Positions 36,852 to 46,648 of a stretch of 64,000 nt of DNA are shown here, piece after piece. The translations under genes and the position numbers were made by a program. This DNA comes from an uncultured Verrucomicrobiae bacterium (lineage in GTDB: Bacteria; Verrucomicrobiota; Verrucomicrobiia; Chthoniobacterales; UBA10450): the NCBI GenBank assembly GCA_963735805.1, contig CAVTMK010000002.1, positions 704,001-768,000 on the forward strand, written 5' to 3'. Positions within the stretch are counted from its first letter, which is position 1, and each line of letters opens with the position of its first letter. Below the pieces are notes generated by a model that was given only the letters and a program-made list of their open reading frames with translations, did not search any database and was not told the DNA's origin.

Positions 36852-39023
36852 ATGGCTCGCGGGCTTTCGAAGAACACTCCGCTGCACAAAACGAAAACCG
36901 AGGTCAGCATGACTGCTCAGACTTCAGACGCAAAAGCGGATCGCAAGACCGGTGTTGGACCGGTTCGTTGGACTCGCGTCGAGACACTCTGCTCTGGCGT
37001 CGTGTTTCTCGTGGCGCTAATGCTTTATAGCTGGACGCTAGCGCCTACGGTTACCTTGACCGATAGCGGCGAGCTAATTGTGGTCGCTCAGGGCCTGGGA
37101 GTTGCACATCCACCGGGCGTTCCGTTGTGGATTATTCTCGCTCACCTTGCATCGCTTGTGCCTTTCGGAAACGTGGCGCAACGCATCAATTTCTCGTCCG
37201 CGCTTTTTGGGGCGATCGCCTGTGCGATGCTGACTATGGCAGTCGTCGAGTTAATGATTACGGCTTCATTTCTTGCCGGAGCGAGGCGAGCGAAGAAAGG
37301 CGTTAAACCGATCAAGAGCATCGAGGACTCCAGTATCGCGCGGTTGTCGGTGGTTGCGCCTGCGCTCGGTGCCGGGTTGCTAATGGCGTTTTCCCGCACG
37401 CTTTGGTCTTATGCCACGATCACTGAGGTGTATGCTCTAAATACGCTGCTCATCACCATTATCTTTTTTCTGATGCTTAGGTGGCGGCGCTTCATCATTG
37501 CGGACAGGATGGATAACGGCGCGGCGACGAGTGCAAATCAAGCCGTTTTGCCGAACACGAATCATGACCCGTTGCTTTATGCGGCGGCGTTCGTATTTGG
37601 CCTCGCATTGGGCGTTCATCACGTAACCGTCGCCCTGACGCTCCCGGCCATCGCAGTCGTCGTTTATCGAACGCAAGGCGTGAGATTCTTTGTGACCAGC
37701 CGACTGGTTTATGCCGCCTTGATTTCAATTGGCGCTCTCGTCGCCATTTATGCCTACCTGCCATTTGCGGCGTCGCACTCGCCTCTGATTAACTGGGGCC
37801 ACCCGCGTTCGCTGCAGGAAATATGGTGGCACATCACGGGCCGACAGTATCAGGTTTATTTCTCCTTTACGCCCGCAATCATCGGAAAACAGTTCGCCGA
37901 GTTCTGTCAGATGGCCTTGCGCGAGTTTGGCTTTTTCTGGCTTCCATTGGCGCTTGTCCTGGCTTTCGCGGGGTGCGTATACGCTTTTAAGCGAGATCGC
38001 ACCACTTTCTGGTTTCTTTCGACAATCGTGATCGCTGATTTGGCGTACGCCCTCAACTATGAGATCGCGGAGGACAAAGATGCCTACTATCTGCCCACAT
38101 TCATTTCGATTGCGATTGCCGCGGGAGTCGGCGTTCGCTGGTTGATGAGGAGTGCCGTGTCCAAATCTTCAGTGGTTGTGAAACCGCCTTTGGTAGCGGC
38201 AACTGCCCTCGTGCTCGCTTGCGCGACGGCCGTCAGCGCAAATTGGCCGTTCAATAATCGCAGGAATTACTTTATCGCCCATGATTACGTGGAAAATCTG
38301 TTCAAGTCGATCGAACGGAATGGTCTCCTGCTTACGCTGGATTGGCAGGTTGCGTCGCCGATATTCTATGCCCAAACGATAGAGCAGCGTCGCCGCGATG
38401 TTAAAGTTGTCGACATCAATCTCCTACGCCGCTCGTGGTATTTCGATTATTTGAAAGACGCTTATCCCGGCCTGGTGCAGCGGTCGCGCGAGAGGATTGA
38501 TGTGTTTGTTCGGATCCTTAAAGAATGGGAGGCTGATCCTGGCGTGTTTGCGAGAAGCCCGGCGCTCACTCTAAGGATTAGCACGTCGTTTTTAGAGATG
38601 ATCCAATCGATGGTGACTAACGAAAGTACGGTCGCGCCAGTTTATATGACGAGCGATTTGCTTTCTTCGGATTCAGTCAACGGCGAGCTGACGAGATGGC
38701 TCACTCAAAAATATCAGCTCGTTCCGCAGGGGCTTGTTTTTGGTCTCGTGGACGATCGGAGTTTTCGCGATTCACCCGACGTGGATCTTCAGACTCGCGG
38801 GCTGGCTGACGGGACACTTCGATTTGAGAAGGATGATGTCGTGAAAATCAAGATATTGCCTGCGTACACGCGAATGCTGACGAATCGCGGACGGTATCTC
38901 GAGTTATTCAATCAGCACGATCGCGCCGCAGCAGCATTTAGGGAGGCCCTCGCACTCGATCCGGAGCTCGCCCCGGCGCAACAGGGATTGGCGGATAGCA
39001 CGGCGAAACTGCTCAATCGGTAG
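36852..39023 (+). CDS. DUF2723-family GT-C glycosyltransferase-like membrane protein with C-terminal TPR
   Basis: TLAPTV...DSGEL..LGVAHPPG.PL, WSYATITEVY and GVHH, many TM helices, and a terminal TPR (FREALALDP). Confidence 0.85.
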   Translation: MARGLSKNTPLHKTKTEVSMTAQTSDAKADRKTGVGPVRWTRVETLCSGVVFLVALMLYSWTLAPTVTLTDSGELIVVAQGLGVAHPPGVPLWIILAHLASLVPFGNVAQRINFSSALFGAIACAMLTMAVVELMITASFLAGARRAKKGVKPIKSIEDSSIARLSVVAPALGAGLLMAFSRTLWSYATITEVYALNTLLITIIFFLMLRWRRFIIADRMDNGAATSANQAVLPNTNHDPLLYAAAFVFGLALGVHHVTVALTLPAIAVVVYRTQGVRFFVTSRLVYAALISIGALVAIYAYLPFAASHSPLINWGHPRSLQEIWWHITGRQYQVYFSFTPAIIGKQFAEFCQMALREFGFFWLPLALVLAFAGCVYAFKRDRTTFWFLSTIVIADLAYALNYEIAEDKDAYYLPTFISIAIAAGVGVRWLMRSAVSKSSVVVKPPLVAATALVLACATAVSANWPFNNRRNYFIAHDYVENLFKSIERNGLLLTLDWQVASPIFYAQTIEQRRRDVKVVDINLLRRSWYFDYLKDAYPGLVQRSRERIDVFVRILKEWEADPGVFARSPALTLRISTSFLEMIQSMVTNESTVAPVYMTSDLLSSDSVNGELTRWLTQKYQLVPQGLVFGLVDDRSFRDSPDVDLQTRGLADGTLRFEKDDVVKIKILPAYTRMLTNRGRYLELFNQHDRAAAAFREALALDPELAPAQQGLADSTAKLLNR

Positions 39024-39169
39024 CAGGTCGCAAAGATCCGAAGGTCGAATGTGCTAAACGACGATTCCTAAATGCGTATGCAGATCATCTTTCGTTGGTT
39101 GCTGATTCGGATTTTTCCATTTTACGACGCCAGCCTTGCTTTGGTTACACAGAGTCTCTATATCGCAGG

Positions 39170-40564
39170 ATGAACGTCCCACCTTGTTGCCGATTTTGGG
39201 CGCGGCCTTGGCTAGCGATCCTTGCGCTTGCCCTTTGCGCAATACCGGTTCACGCGAACGAACAACTGCTAGCCGTCAAAGCGGAACGCTTGTTCGATGG
39301 GAAATCAAAAACACTCCTGCATAACGGTGTTGTCCTCATCCAAGGCGATAAGATTGCAGACGTTGGCAGCAATCTGGTGATTCCCAGCAATGCGCAGGTG
39401 ATCGACCTTGGCGACGCTACGCTGGCACCGGGATTCATGGACGCGCATACGCACCTCACGCTCGACTACTCAGGCGACTACAGTCTACGCCGACTGGACG
39501 AGCTGGATCTTAACGTTTCCGAGCAAGCGATCCGAGCGACAACCTTCGCGCGAGCGACAATCGAGGCAGGCTTCACTACCGTGCGCGATTTGGGAAGCCG
39601 CTTCGTCGGCAGCCGCGAATTTGTCGATGTGGCATTGCGCAATTCGATTAACAAAGGGCTGGTCGTCGGCCCGCGAATGCTTGTGGCGACTAAAGGCATC
39701 GGCGCTACAGGCGGTCACTTCGACCCGACCAACGGGTTCCGCGATTTCCTTTTTGGCGGTGAACCGGATTACACCGATGGCATTGCGGACGGCCCGGATG
39801 AAATCCGCAAGGCGGTTCGCTTTGAAGTAAAGAATGGCGCCGATGTGATCAAGGCCGCCGTATCTGGAGGCGTTCTTTCCCTGACCGACGAAGTGGACAC
39901 CCCGCAGTTTACGCCCGAGGAAATGGCCGCGTTGGTCGATGAATCACACCGGCTGCGCAAAAAAGTGGCGGTGCATTGCCATGGAGATCAGGCCGCCCGC
40001 GAAGCGATCGAGGCGGGCGTTGACTCAATCGAGCACGGCTCCTTCATGAAATCGGAAACGCTCGGCCGGATGAAAACGAAAGGCACCTTTCTTACACCCA
40101 CGCTGATGGCAACGGAATGGATCATGGGCAAACTGGAAAATTATCCGCCGACTTTGCAGGCCAAAGCCAAAGCCGCTGCAGCCGCCCGTTCCGAGATGTT
40201 TCGCAACGCTGTCAAAATGGGCGTGAAGATTTCCTTTGGAACCGATGCGGCGGTTTATCCTCACGGCCAAAACGCGAAGGAGTTTAAATTAATGCTCGAT
40301 CTCGGAATGACAGCGATTGATGCCTTGAAATCGGCCACCGCAAATGACGCCGAACTTTTGGGGATTGCCCAAAAAGTTGGCACGTTGGAGAAGGGAAAAC
40401 TCGCGGATGTTATCGCGATGCCCGGAGATCCAACTGTAGATATTACTGCTACCGAGCGCGTCTTCTTCGTCATGAAGGAAGGAAAGGTTATCAGGAAGGG
40501 ACCGCCGATTGTGCAAGGCGCTGCCAAAGCAATCGAGTCGGCAGAAGGGGCGCCTGTGGATTAA
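39170..40564 (+). CDS. Secreted amidohydrolase (Xaa-Pro dipeptidase/M38-like)
   Basis: Motifs PGFMDAHTH, GFTTVRDLG, GADVIK, AVHCHG, SIEHG, FGTDA and GKLAD. Confidence 0.92.
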   Translation: MNVPPCCRFWARPWLAILALALCAIPVHANEQLLAVKAERLFDGKSKTLLHNGVVLIQGDKIADVGSNLVIPSNAQVIDLGDATLAPGFMDAHTHLTLDYSGDYSLRRLDELDLNVSEQAIRATTFARATIEAGFTTVRDLGSRFVGSREFVDVALRNSINKGLVVGPRMLVATKGIGATGGHFDPTNGFRDFLFGGEPDYTDGIADGPDEIRKAVRFEVKNGADVIKAAVSGGVLSLTDEVDTPQFTPEEMAALVDESHRLRKKVAVHCHGDQAAREAIEAGVDSIEHGSFMKSETLGRMKTKGTFLTPTLMATEWIMGKLENYPPTLQAKAKAAAAARSEMFRNAVKMGVKISFGTDAAVYPHGQNAKEFKLMLDLGMTAIDALKSATANDAELLGIAQKVGTLEKGKLADVIAMPGDPTVDITATERVFFVMKEGKVIRKGPPIVQGAAKAIESAEGAPVD

Positions 40565-40591
40565 TTGCCTACTGTTGCGTTGAAGTTGATT

Positions 40592-40619
40592 TTGACAACG
40601 CGAAGATAACCACTAGATT
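40592..40619 (+). promoter_or_regulatory. Putative sigma70 promoter of rplA-rplJ-rplL
   Basis: TTGACA (40592-40597), 16-nt spacer, TAGATT (40614-40619). Confidence 0.6.
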
Positions 40620-40663
40620 TCGCGTCCTCCGTTCGCTTGATGCGAACCGGACGACAATTTTAA

Positions 40664-40707
40664 GCAGGAGCCTCAATATCTGTAAGAGACCGGGGCGGTA
40701 GGACTGC
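40664..40707 (+). promoter_or_regulatory. Putative L1-binding autoregulatory mRNA leader
   Basis: GCAG-GA-GCC...GGC-GGTAGGA-CTGC forms two stems around an asymmetric purine-rich loop, just before the rplA ATG. Confidence 0.6.
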
Positions 40708-40715
40708 ACATCAAC

Positions 40716-41417
40716 ATGCAAAGAAATCGAAGCAAACGCTATCGCGCTGCGGCGCAAAAACTGGACCGGACGAAGGCGCACACTCTCGCGGACGCCATTT
40801 CGACATTAAAGAAGTTTCCGCCGACGAAGTTTGATCAAACTGTAACGGTGTCGTTCCGGCTCGGCGTCGATCCGAAGCAATCCGATCAGATGGTTCGGGG
40901 TACTTGTCCGCTTCCGCATGGCAGTGGAAAAAAAGTGCGGGTGCTGGTTTTTGCCGAGGGTGAGGCCGCGCAGGCAGCCAGAGATGCGGGCGCGGAGTTT
41001 GTTGGTATGAAAGATCTAATCCAGAAATGCCAGGAAGGTTTCCAGGATTTTGATGTCGCCGTCGCTACGCCGGCGGCGATGGCCGAAGTGCGCAAGTTGG
41101 GGAAGGTCCTCGGGCCGCGCGGACTGATGCCAAATCCCCGCACCGGTACAGTAACGGACGACACCGCCAAGGCCGTGCAGGAAGTGAAAGCAGGCCGCGT
41201 GGAGTTTAAGCTGGATAAAAATGGCAACGTAGCGGTGCCTGTTGGGAAATTTTCGTTTGAAGAAAATGCTCTGTTGGAAAACGGAAGCGCAGTAATCGAG
41301 GCAGTCGTTCGAGCTCGTCCCGCCTCAGCGAAAGGGAGATACCTTGAAGGCATGACAATCAGTGCGACGATGTCCCCCGGGGTTCGGGTTGATCCAGCGC
41401 CGTATTTAAATGTTTAG
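40716..41417 (+). CDS. rplA: 50S ribosomal protein L1
   Basis: Motifs KFDQTV, LGVDPK.SDQMVRG, LPHG.GK and LGPRGLMPNP. Confidence 0.99.
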   Translation: MQRNRSKRYRAAAQKLDRTKAHTLADAISTLKKFPPTKFDQTVTVSFRLGVDPKQSDQMVRGTCPLPHGSGKKVRVLVFAEGEAAQAARDAGAEFVGMKDLIQKCQEGFQDFDVAVATPAAMAEVRKLGKVLGPRGLMPNPRTGTVTDDTAKAVQEVKAGRVEFKLDKNGNVAVPVGKFSFEENALLENGSAVIEAVVRARPASAKGRYLEGMTISATMSPGVRVDPAPYLNV

Positions 41418-41444
41418 TCCTAGAGCCTCAATACCGAAAATAGA

Positions 41445-41978
41445 ATGAGACCAGAAAAAGCCAGCATCGTTTCCGATCTTACCGACAAGCTGAAGCGTTC
41501 GCCCTTTGTGCTTGTGACCGACTACAAGCTCATGAAGGTCGGCGATTTTAGTGAATTGCGGACCCGGCTGGCGTCAACAGGCGCGGAAGTGCACGTCGTG
41601 AAGAATAATTTTCTCAAACGCGCCATGACTGATTCCGGGTTTCCTGATGCTGGTGAGAAGCTGATTGGTCAGACAGCCGTTGTGACTGGCGAGAAGGACG
41701 TGGCGCCCGTGGCCAAGATTTTCAAGACGTTTGCCGCCGAATTCAAAATCGCAACGCTAAAGATTGGCTTCGTTGACCGCGCCATTCTTTCTGCTGCAGA
41801 ATTGGAAAAATTGGCGGACCTGCCCGCGCGCGAAGTGTTGCAGGCGCAATTGCTGGGATTGTTCTTGTCTCCTGCAACGCGCTTGGTGCGCTTGCTGAAT
41901 GAACCAGGCTCCGCGTTGGCACGGCTATTGAAAGCGAAGGCAGAAAAGGAGGGCACAGCCCCACAACCGACTGCGTAA
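41445..41978 (+). CDS. rplJ: 50S ribosomal protein L10
   Basis: Motifs DY, ELR, VVKN and LADLP.REVL, between rplA and rplL. Confidence 0.97.
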   Translation: MRPEKASIVSDLTDKLKRSPFVLVTDYKLMKVGDFSELRTRLASTGAEVHVVKNNFLKRAMTDSGFPDAGEKLIGQTAVVTGEKDVAPVAKIFKTFAAEFKIATLKIGFVDRAILSAAELEKLADLPAREVLQAQLLGLFLSPATRLVRLLNEPGSALARLLKAKAEKEGTAPQPTA

Positions 41979-42096
41979 GAAAGTTTTTCCGCTCGCAATG
42001 GCGGGTTGGGAAGTAAAACAGAAACTGTCCGGGCCAGTGGCTATTGGCCTTAATTTTCCGAAGGCTTTCGGAGACGGCAATTGGAGGAAATAAGAA

Positions 42097-42492
42097 ATGG
42101 CAGAAACAGATAAATTGGTGGAGCAACTCAGTAGCCTGTCGGTGCTGGAGATTGCTGGGTTAGTCAAGCAGCTGGAAGAAAAGTGGGGTGTGAGCGCAGC
42201 GGCCCCGGTGGCAGTGGCAGCTGGTCCGGCCGCGGGAGGGGCAGCCGGCGGAGCGGCAGCTGCGGCAGCAGAAGAGAAAACTACCTTCGACGTAATCTTG
42301 AAAGAGATGGGCTCGAACAAGATTGCAGTGATCAAGGAGGTTCGTGGTGCGGTGCCGGGACTCGGCTTGGCGGAAGCCAAGGCGCTTGTGGAAGGCGCGC
42401 CAAAGACAATCAAGGAAGGCGTGACGAAGGAAGAGGCGGATGAGATCAAGAAAAAGATCGAGGCCGCTGGTGCGAAGGTGGAAATTAAATAG
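42097..42492 (+). CDS. rplL: 50S ribosomal protein L7/L12
   Basis: Motifs [31 protein letters not shown] and [11 protein letters not shown]. Confidence 0.99.
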   Translation: MAETDKLVEQLSSLSVLEIAGLVKQLEEKWGVSAAAPVAVAAGPAAGGAAGGAAAAAAEEKTTFDVILKEMGSNKIAVIKEVRGAVPGLGLAEAKALVEGAPKTIKEGVTKEEADEIKKKIEAAGAKVEIK

Positions 42493-42822
42493 CTGAAGGA
42501 CTCGTAAGATCGAGTGTTGCGGTTCCTCCTATGCCTAATGGAGAGGAATAGGGGTCTATAAACCGTCGCGTCACATTATTCCTTGCGAGGCAGAAATTTC
42601 GGTCTAGTGTTGTTTTCTGTTAGAGGCAGGCAGACCTATTTTTAACCCGGCGCTTAACGGCAATTACAAGAATGGCAACAGGGCAGTGGCCAATTTGACA
42701 GGCCAGTGTTTTGGGTGCATTTTTGTGTCCATCGCTCGCTGCTGAGCCCATAAAAAATCTTGCCCGTTTCGTGCACGACTGGTGGCGTGGACGTTGCGTG
42801 GCCTAACTCTTGGGTAGTGACT

Positions 42823-45800
42823 ATGTCGGAACGTATTTACTTTGGAAGCATCAAGGAAGGGATCGAACCGCCGAATCTTATTGAGGTTCAGGCTAATTCA
42901 TACGTTGATTTTCTTCAGAAAGACGTCCCTTTTTCAAAGCGGAAGAATCAGGGACTCCAGGCTGTTTTCAAAGAGGTTTTTCCAATAGAGAGCTATGACG
43001 AAAAAGCGGTGCTCGATTTCAGTCACTACGAAATAGGCGAGCCCAAGTTGACCGCGCTGGAGGCCCAGCGTGAAGGACAGACCTACAGCGCGCCATTGCA
43101 CGTGACGTTTCAATTGCGCGAAGAAAAAGGCACGAAGGAAGAGAAAGTTTATATGGGCGAAATCCCGCTGATGACGCCGCAGGGCACTTTCGTCATCAAC
43201 GGCGCAGAACGCGTGGTGGTAAGCCAGTTGCATCGCTCACCTGGGATCGCCTTTGAATCTACTGTCCACGTAAACGGAAAGGTGCTCTACAGTTTCCGGA
43301 TCATTCCGGACCGCGGATCGTGGATCGAGGTCCAATTTGATACGGCTGACCTTCTTTATATTTATCTGGATCGACGTAAGCGGCGCCGGAAGTTTCTGGC
43401 TACCACATTCCTGCGCGCTCTCGGCTACGGCTCTGATGAAGAGGTCATCAAACTCTTTTACAACATCGAGACGCTGAAGTTGAGCGACAAACTTGATGAG
43501 GAGAAGCTGGCTACAAAAGTGCTGACCGCGGAGATCCGCGACGGCGATGTCACGGTGGCGCGTGCATTCGAACCACTCACCCTGGCGACCGTTCGCCAAA
43601 TCATGGCGCTCAAGATTCACGAGGTGAAAGTGATTGACATCTCTAACGATGACACCGTGGTCAAAGCGCTTCGAAAAGATCCTGCGCACGATCAGGAGGA
43701 AGCCCTGAAGGACATTTACCGGCGTCTTCGTCCTGGCGATCCGCCGACTGTAGCCAATGCGCGCGCTTTACTTAAAAGGCTCTTCTTTGATCCAAAGAAA
43801 TACGACCTCGGACGCGTCGGTCGTTACAAGATTAATCAAAAACTTGGGATCAACGTCGATTCCACTGAGCGGATTTTAACGGACAAAGATTTCATTGCCG
43901 CGATCAAATACCTGATCAATCTGCGACGGGGCGAAGGCACTCTCGATGATATCGATCATCTGGGCAGCCGTCGCGTGCGTACAGTTGGTGAGTTGCTCGC
44001 GAACCAGTGCCGCGTCGGTCTGGCTCGTACGGAGCGTCTGGTCAAAGAGCGTATGACCCTGTTCGACATCAATGTGGACGGCATGACGCCGCAAAAGTTG
44101 ATCAATCCAAAGGCGCTCAGCGCTGTGATCCGCGATTTCTTTGGCCGCTCGCAGCTCTCGCAGTTCATGGATCAGACGAATCCACTCGCAGAATTGACGC
44201 ACAAGCGCCGTTTATCGGCTCTTGGCCCGGGCGGTCTCAGCCGCGAGCGCGCGGGATTCGAAGTGCGCGACGTTCACCCATCCCATTACGGACGCATTTG
44301 TCCCATTGAGACACCGGAAGGCCCAAACATCGGCCTCATTAGTTCGATGAGCACTTTCGCTCGAATCAATGAGTTCGGCTTCATCGAGACGCCGTATCGC
44401 AAAGTGGAAAAGGGCCGCGTGACTGATCAGATCGAATATCTGACTGCTGATCGCGAGGAGAATTTTCTCGTTGCGCAAGCCAATGCGCCTGTCGATGGCC
44501 GCGGACACTTCACAGGGGAAAAGGTATCTGTGCGCTACCGTGGCGACTTTCTCGAAGTCGATCCCTCCAAGGTGAACTACATGGATGTCTCGCCGAAACA
44601 GTTGGTATCAGTCGCGGCAGGACTTATTCCGTTCCTCGAACACGACGATGCAAACCGGGCACTGATGGGTTCCAACATGCAACGCCAAGGCGTTCCTCTC
44701 GTGGTTTCGGAAGCGCCGCTCGTAGGTACGGGTTTGGAAGAAAAGGTGGCGCGAGATTCTCACGCGGTTGTACTCGCAGCCGACAGCGGCAAGGTCGCTT
44801 CGGTGATGGCGGACCAAATCGTTGTGACGAAGGATGGTCATCTGCCCGAGAGCAAAAAGAAGCTCAAGACTGATCCGGAGGCAGGAATTCACGTTTATGA
44901 GCTGCGGAAATTCATGCGGTCAAATGCTGGCACATGCGTGAACCAGAAACCAATGGTGCGCAAAGGTCAGCACGTGAAACGCGGTCAGGTTATCGCTGAT
45001 GGTCCAAATACCGATCGCGGCGAGCTTGCTCTGGGACGCAACGTGCTCGTCGCGTTTATGCCCTGGAATGGATACAACTTCGAAGATGCGATCATGATCT
45101 CGGAGAAAGTGGTGAAGGAGGATGTCTATACTTCTATCCACATCGATGAATTCGAGATTGGCGCACGCGACACGAAGCTGGGCCCCGAAGAAATTACGCG
45201 CGACATTCCCAACGTTAGCGAAGAAGCTCTGCGGAACCTGGGACCCGATGGCGTTGTGCGGGTGGGCGCGGAAGTGAAGCCGGGCGATATTCTGGTTGGG
45301 AAAATTACGCCGAAGAGTGAAACAGAATTAGCGCCTGAAGAGCGCCTTCTGCGCGCAATCTTTGGCGAGAAAGCGGCGGACGTGAAGGATACGTCGCTTA
45401 CTGTGCCCTCCGGCACTTACGGGATTGTGATGGACGTAAAGGTCTCGTCTCGCCGCGAAGTTTCCCGCGAGAAACTCACGCCCGCAGAAACCAGACGGCA
45501 ACTCAAAACCATCAGTGAAGATCATAAGCGAAAGAAAGAGACACTGATCGAGCAATTGACCGATTCGCTTTCAAATGTCCTGCTCGGGGAAAAAGTTCCT
45601 CTCGATGTCGTAAACGCCAAGAACGGTGAGATCATTATTCCAGCCAATCGTAAGATCACCAAAACGCTCTTGCGAAAGCTGGCGACGGCACATGATCACA
45701 TCGAAATCGATCCAAGCCCAATCCGAAATAAGATCCGCGAAATCATTGGTGCGTATGAACATAAGTTTGCGGAACTGGAACTGGAACGCGATCGCGCCAT

Positions 45801-46617
45801 GGACCGGGTGGAAAGCGGGGACGATATCGACCCGGGAATTATTAAGCAGGTCAAGGTTTATATCGCCAGCAAGCGTAAGCTAAGCGTCGGTGACAAGATG
45901 GCCGGACGGCACGGAAATAAAGGCGTTGTTGCCCGTATCGTGCCCGAAGAAGACATGCCTTTCCTGGCAGATGGCACACCAGTTGAGATTGTGCTTAACC
46001 CGTTAGGTGTGCCCAGCCGTATGAACGTGGGACAAGTTCTGGAAACACACTTGGGCGTTGCTGCGAAGGCGCTCGGTTTTAAAGTCGCGACTCCCGTTTT
46101 CGACGGGATTAAGGAAAAGCAAATTCGCGAATATTTGCATGACGCCCGGAAAAAGGACGGATTCACCTGGGTGCAGGAGAGCGGTAAGGCAAAGCTTTTC
46201 GACGGACGCACCGGCGATCCTTTCGACCAGGAAGTCGTGGTTGGCTACATCTACATGATGAAGCTTGGCCACCTTGTAGCGGATAAGATTCACGCCCGCG
46301 CCGTGGGACCGTATTCACTCGTCACTCAACAGCCGTTGGGCGGAAAAGCGCAATACGGTGGTCAACGTTTTGGCGAAATGGAGGTTTGGGCACTGGAAGC
46401 GTACGGAGCCGCTTATACTTTGCAGGAACTGCTCACCGTTAAATCGGATGACGTGCAAGGACGGACTCGAATCTACGAGTCGATCGTCAAGGGCGACAAC
46501 TCGCTTGAAGCAGGAACACCGGAGTCTTTCAACGTTCTAATCAAAGAAATGCAGAGCCTGGGCCTGGACGTAAAAGTCGGCGGTCAGGCGCCTACTTTTC
46601 TGGAGAGCGTCGCATAA
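42823..46617 (+). CDS. rpoB: RNA polymerase beta subunit
   Basis: Motifs [56 protein letters not shown] and [17 protein letters not shown]. Start placed at MSERI. Confidence 0.99.
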   Translation: MSERIYFGSIKEGIEPPNLIEVQANSYVDFLQKDVPFSKRKNQGLQAVFKEVFPIESYDEKAVLDFSHYEIGEPKLTALEAQREGQTYSAPLHVTFQLREEKGTKEEKVYMGEIPLMTPQGTFVINGAERVVVSQLHRSPGIAFESTVHVNGKVLYSFRIIPDRGSWIEVQFDTADLLYIYLDRRKRRRKFLATTFLRALGYGSDEEVIKLFYNIETLKLSDKLDEEKLATKVLTAEIRDGDVTVARAFEPLTLATVRQIMALKIHEVKVIDISNDDTVVKALRKDPAHDQEEALKDIYRRLRPGDPPTVANARALLKRLFFDPKKYDLGRVGRYKINQKLGINVDSTERILTDKDFIAAIKYLINLRRGEGTLDDIDHLGSRRVRTVGELLANQCRVGLARTERLVKERMTLFDINVDGMTPQKLINPKALSAVIRDFFGRSQLSQFMDQTNPLAELTHKRRLSALGPGGLSRERAGFEVRDVHPSHYGRICPIETPEGPNIGLISSMSTFARINEFGFIETPYRKVEKGRVTDQIEYLTADREENFLVAQANAPVDGRGHFTGEKVSVRYRGDFLEVDPSKVNYMDVSPKQLVSVAAGLIPFLEHDDANRALMGSNMQRQGVPLVVSEAPLVGTGLEEKVARDSHAVVLAADSGKVASVMADQIVVTKDGHLPESKKKLKTDPEAGIHVYELRKFMRSNAGTCVNQKPMVRKGQHVKRGQVIADGPNTDRGELALGRNVLVAFMPWNGYNFEDAIMISEKVVKEDVYTSIHIDEFEIGARDTKLGPEEITRDIPNVSEEALRNLGPDGVVRVGAEVKPGDILVGKITPKSETELAPEERLLRAIFGEKAADVKDTSLTVPSGTYGIVMDVKVSSRREVSREKLTPAETRRQLKTISEDHKRKKETLIEQLTDSLSNVLLGEKVPLDVVNAKNGEIIIPANRKITKTLLRKLATAHDHIEIDPSPIRNKIREIIGAYEHKFAELELERDRAMDRVESGDDIDPGIIKQVKVYIASKRKLSVGDKMAGRHGNKGVVARIVPEEDMPFLADGTPVEIVLNPLGVPSRMNVGQVLETHLGVAAKALGFKVATPVFDGIKEKQIREYLHDARKKDGFTWVQESGKAKLFDGRTGDPFDQEVVVGYIYMMKLGHLVADKIHARAVGPYSLVTQQPLGGKAQYGGQRFGEMEVWALEAYGAAYTLQELLTVKSDDVQGRTRIYESIVKGDNSLEAGTPESFNVLIKEMQSLGLDVKVGGQAPTFLESVA

Positions 46618-46648
46618 ATTTTAAACTGTAAATTATTAAAGACAAAAC

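Noticed and set aside
42493..42822. Defined ncRNA in the 330-nt rplL-rpoB spacer
   Set aside because: Only short imperfect hairpins are visible, and long leaders are common at this position.
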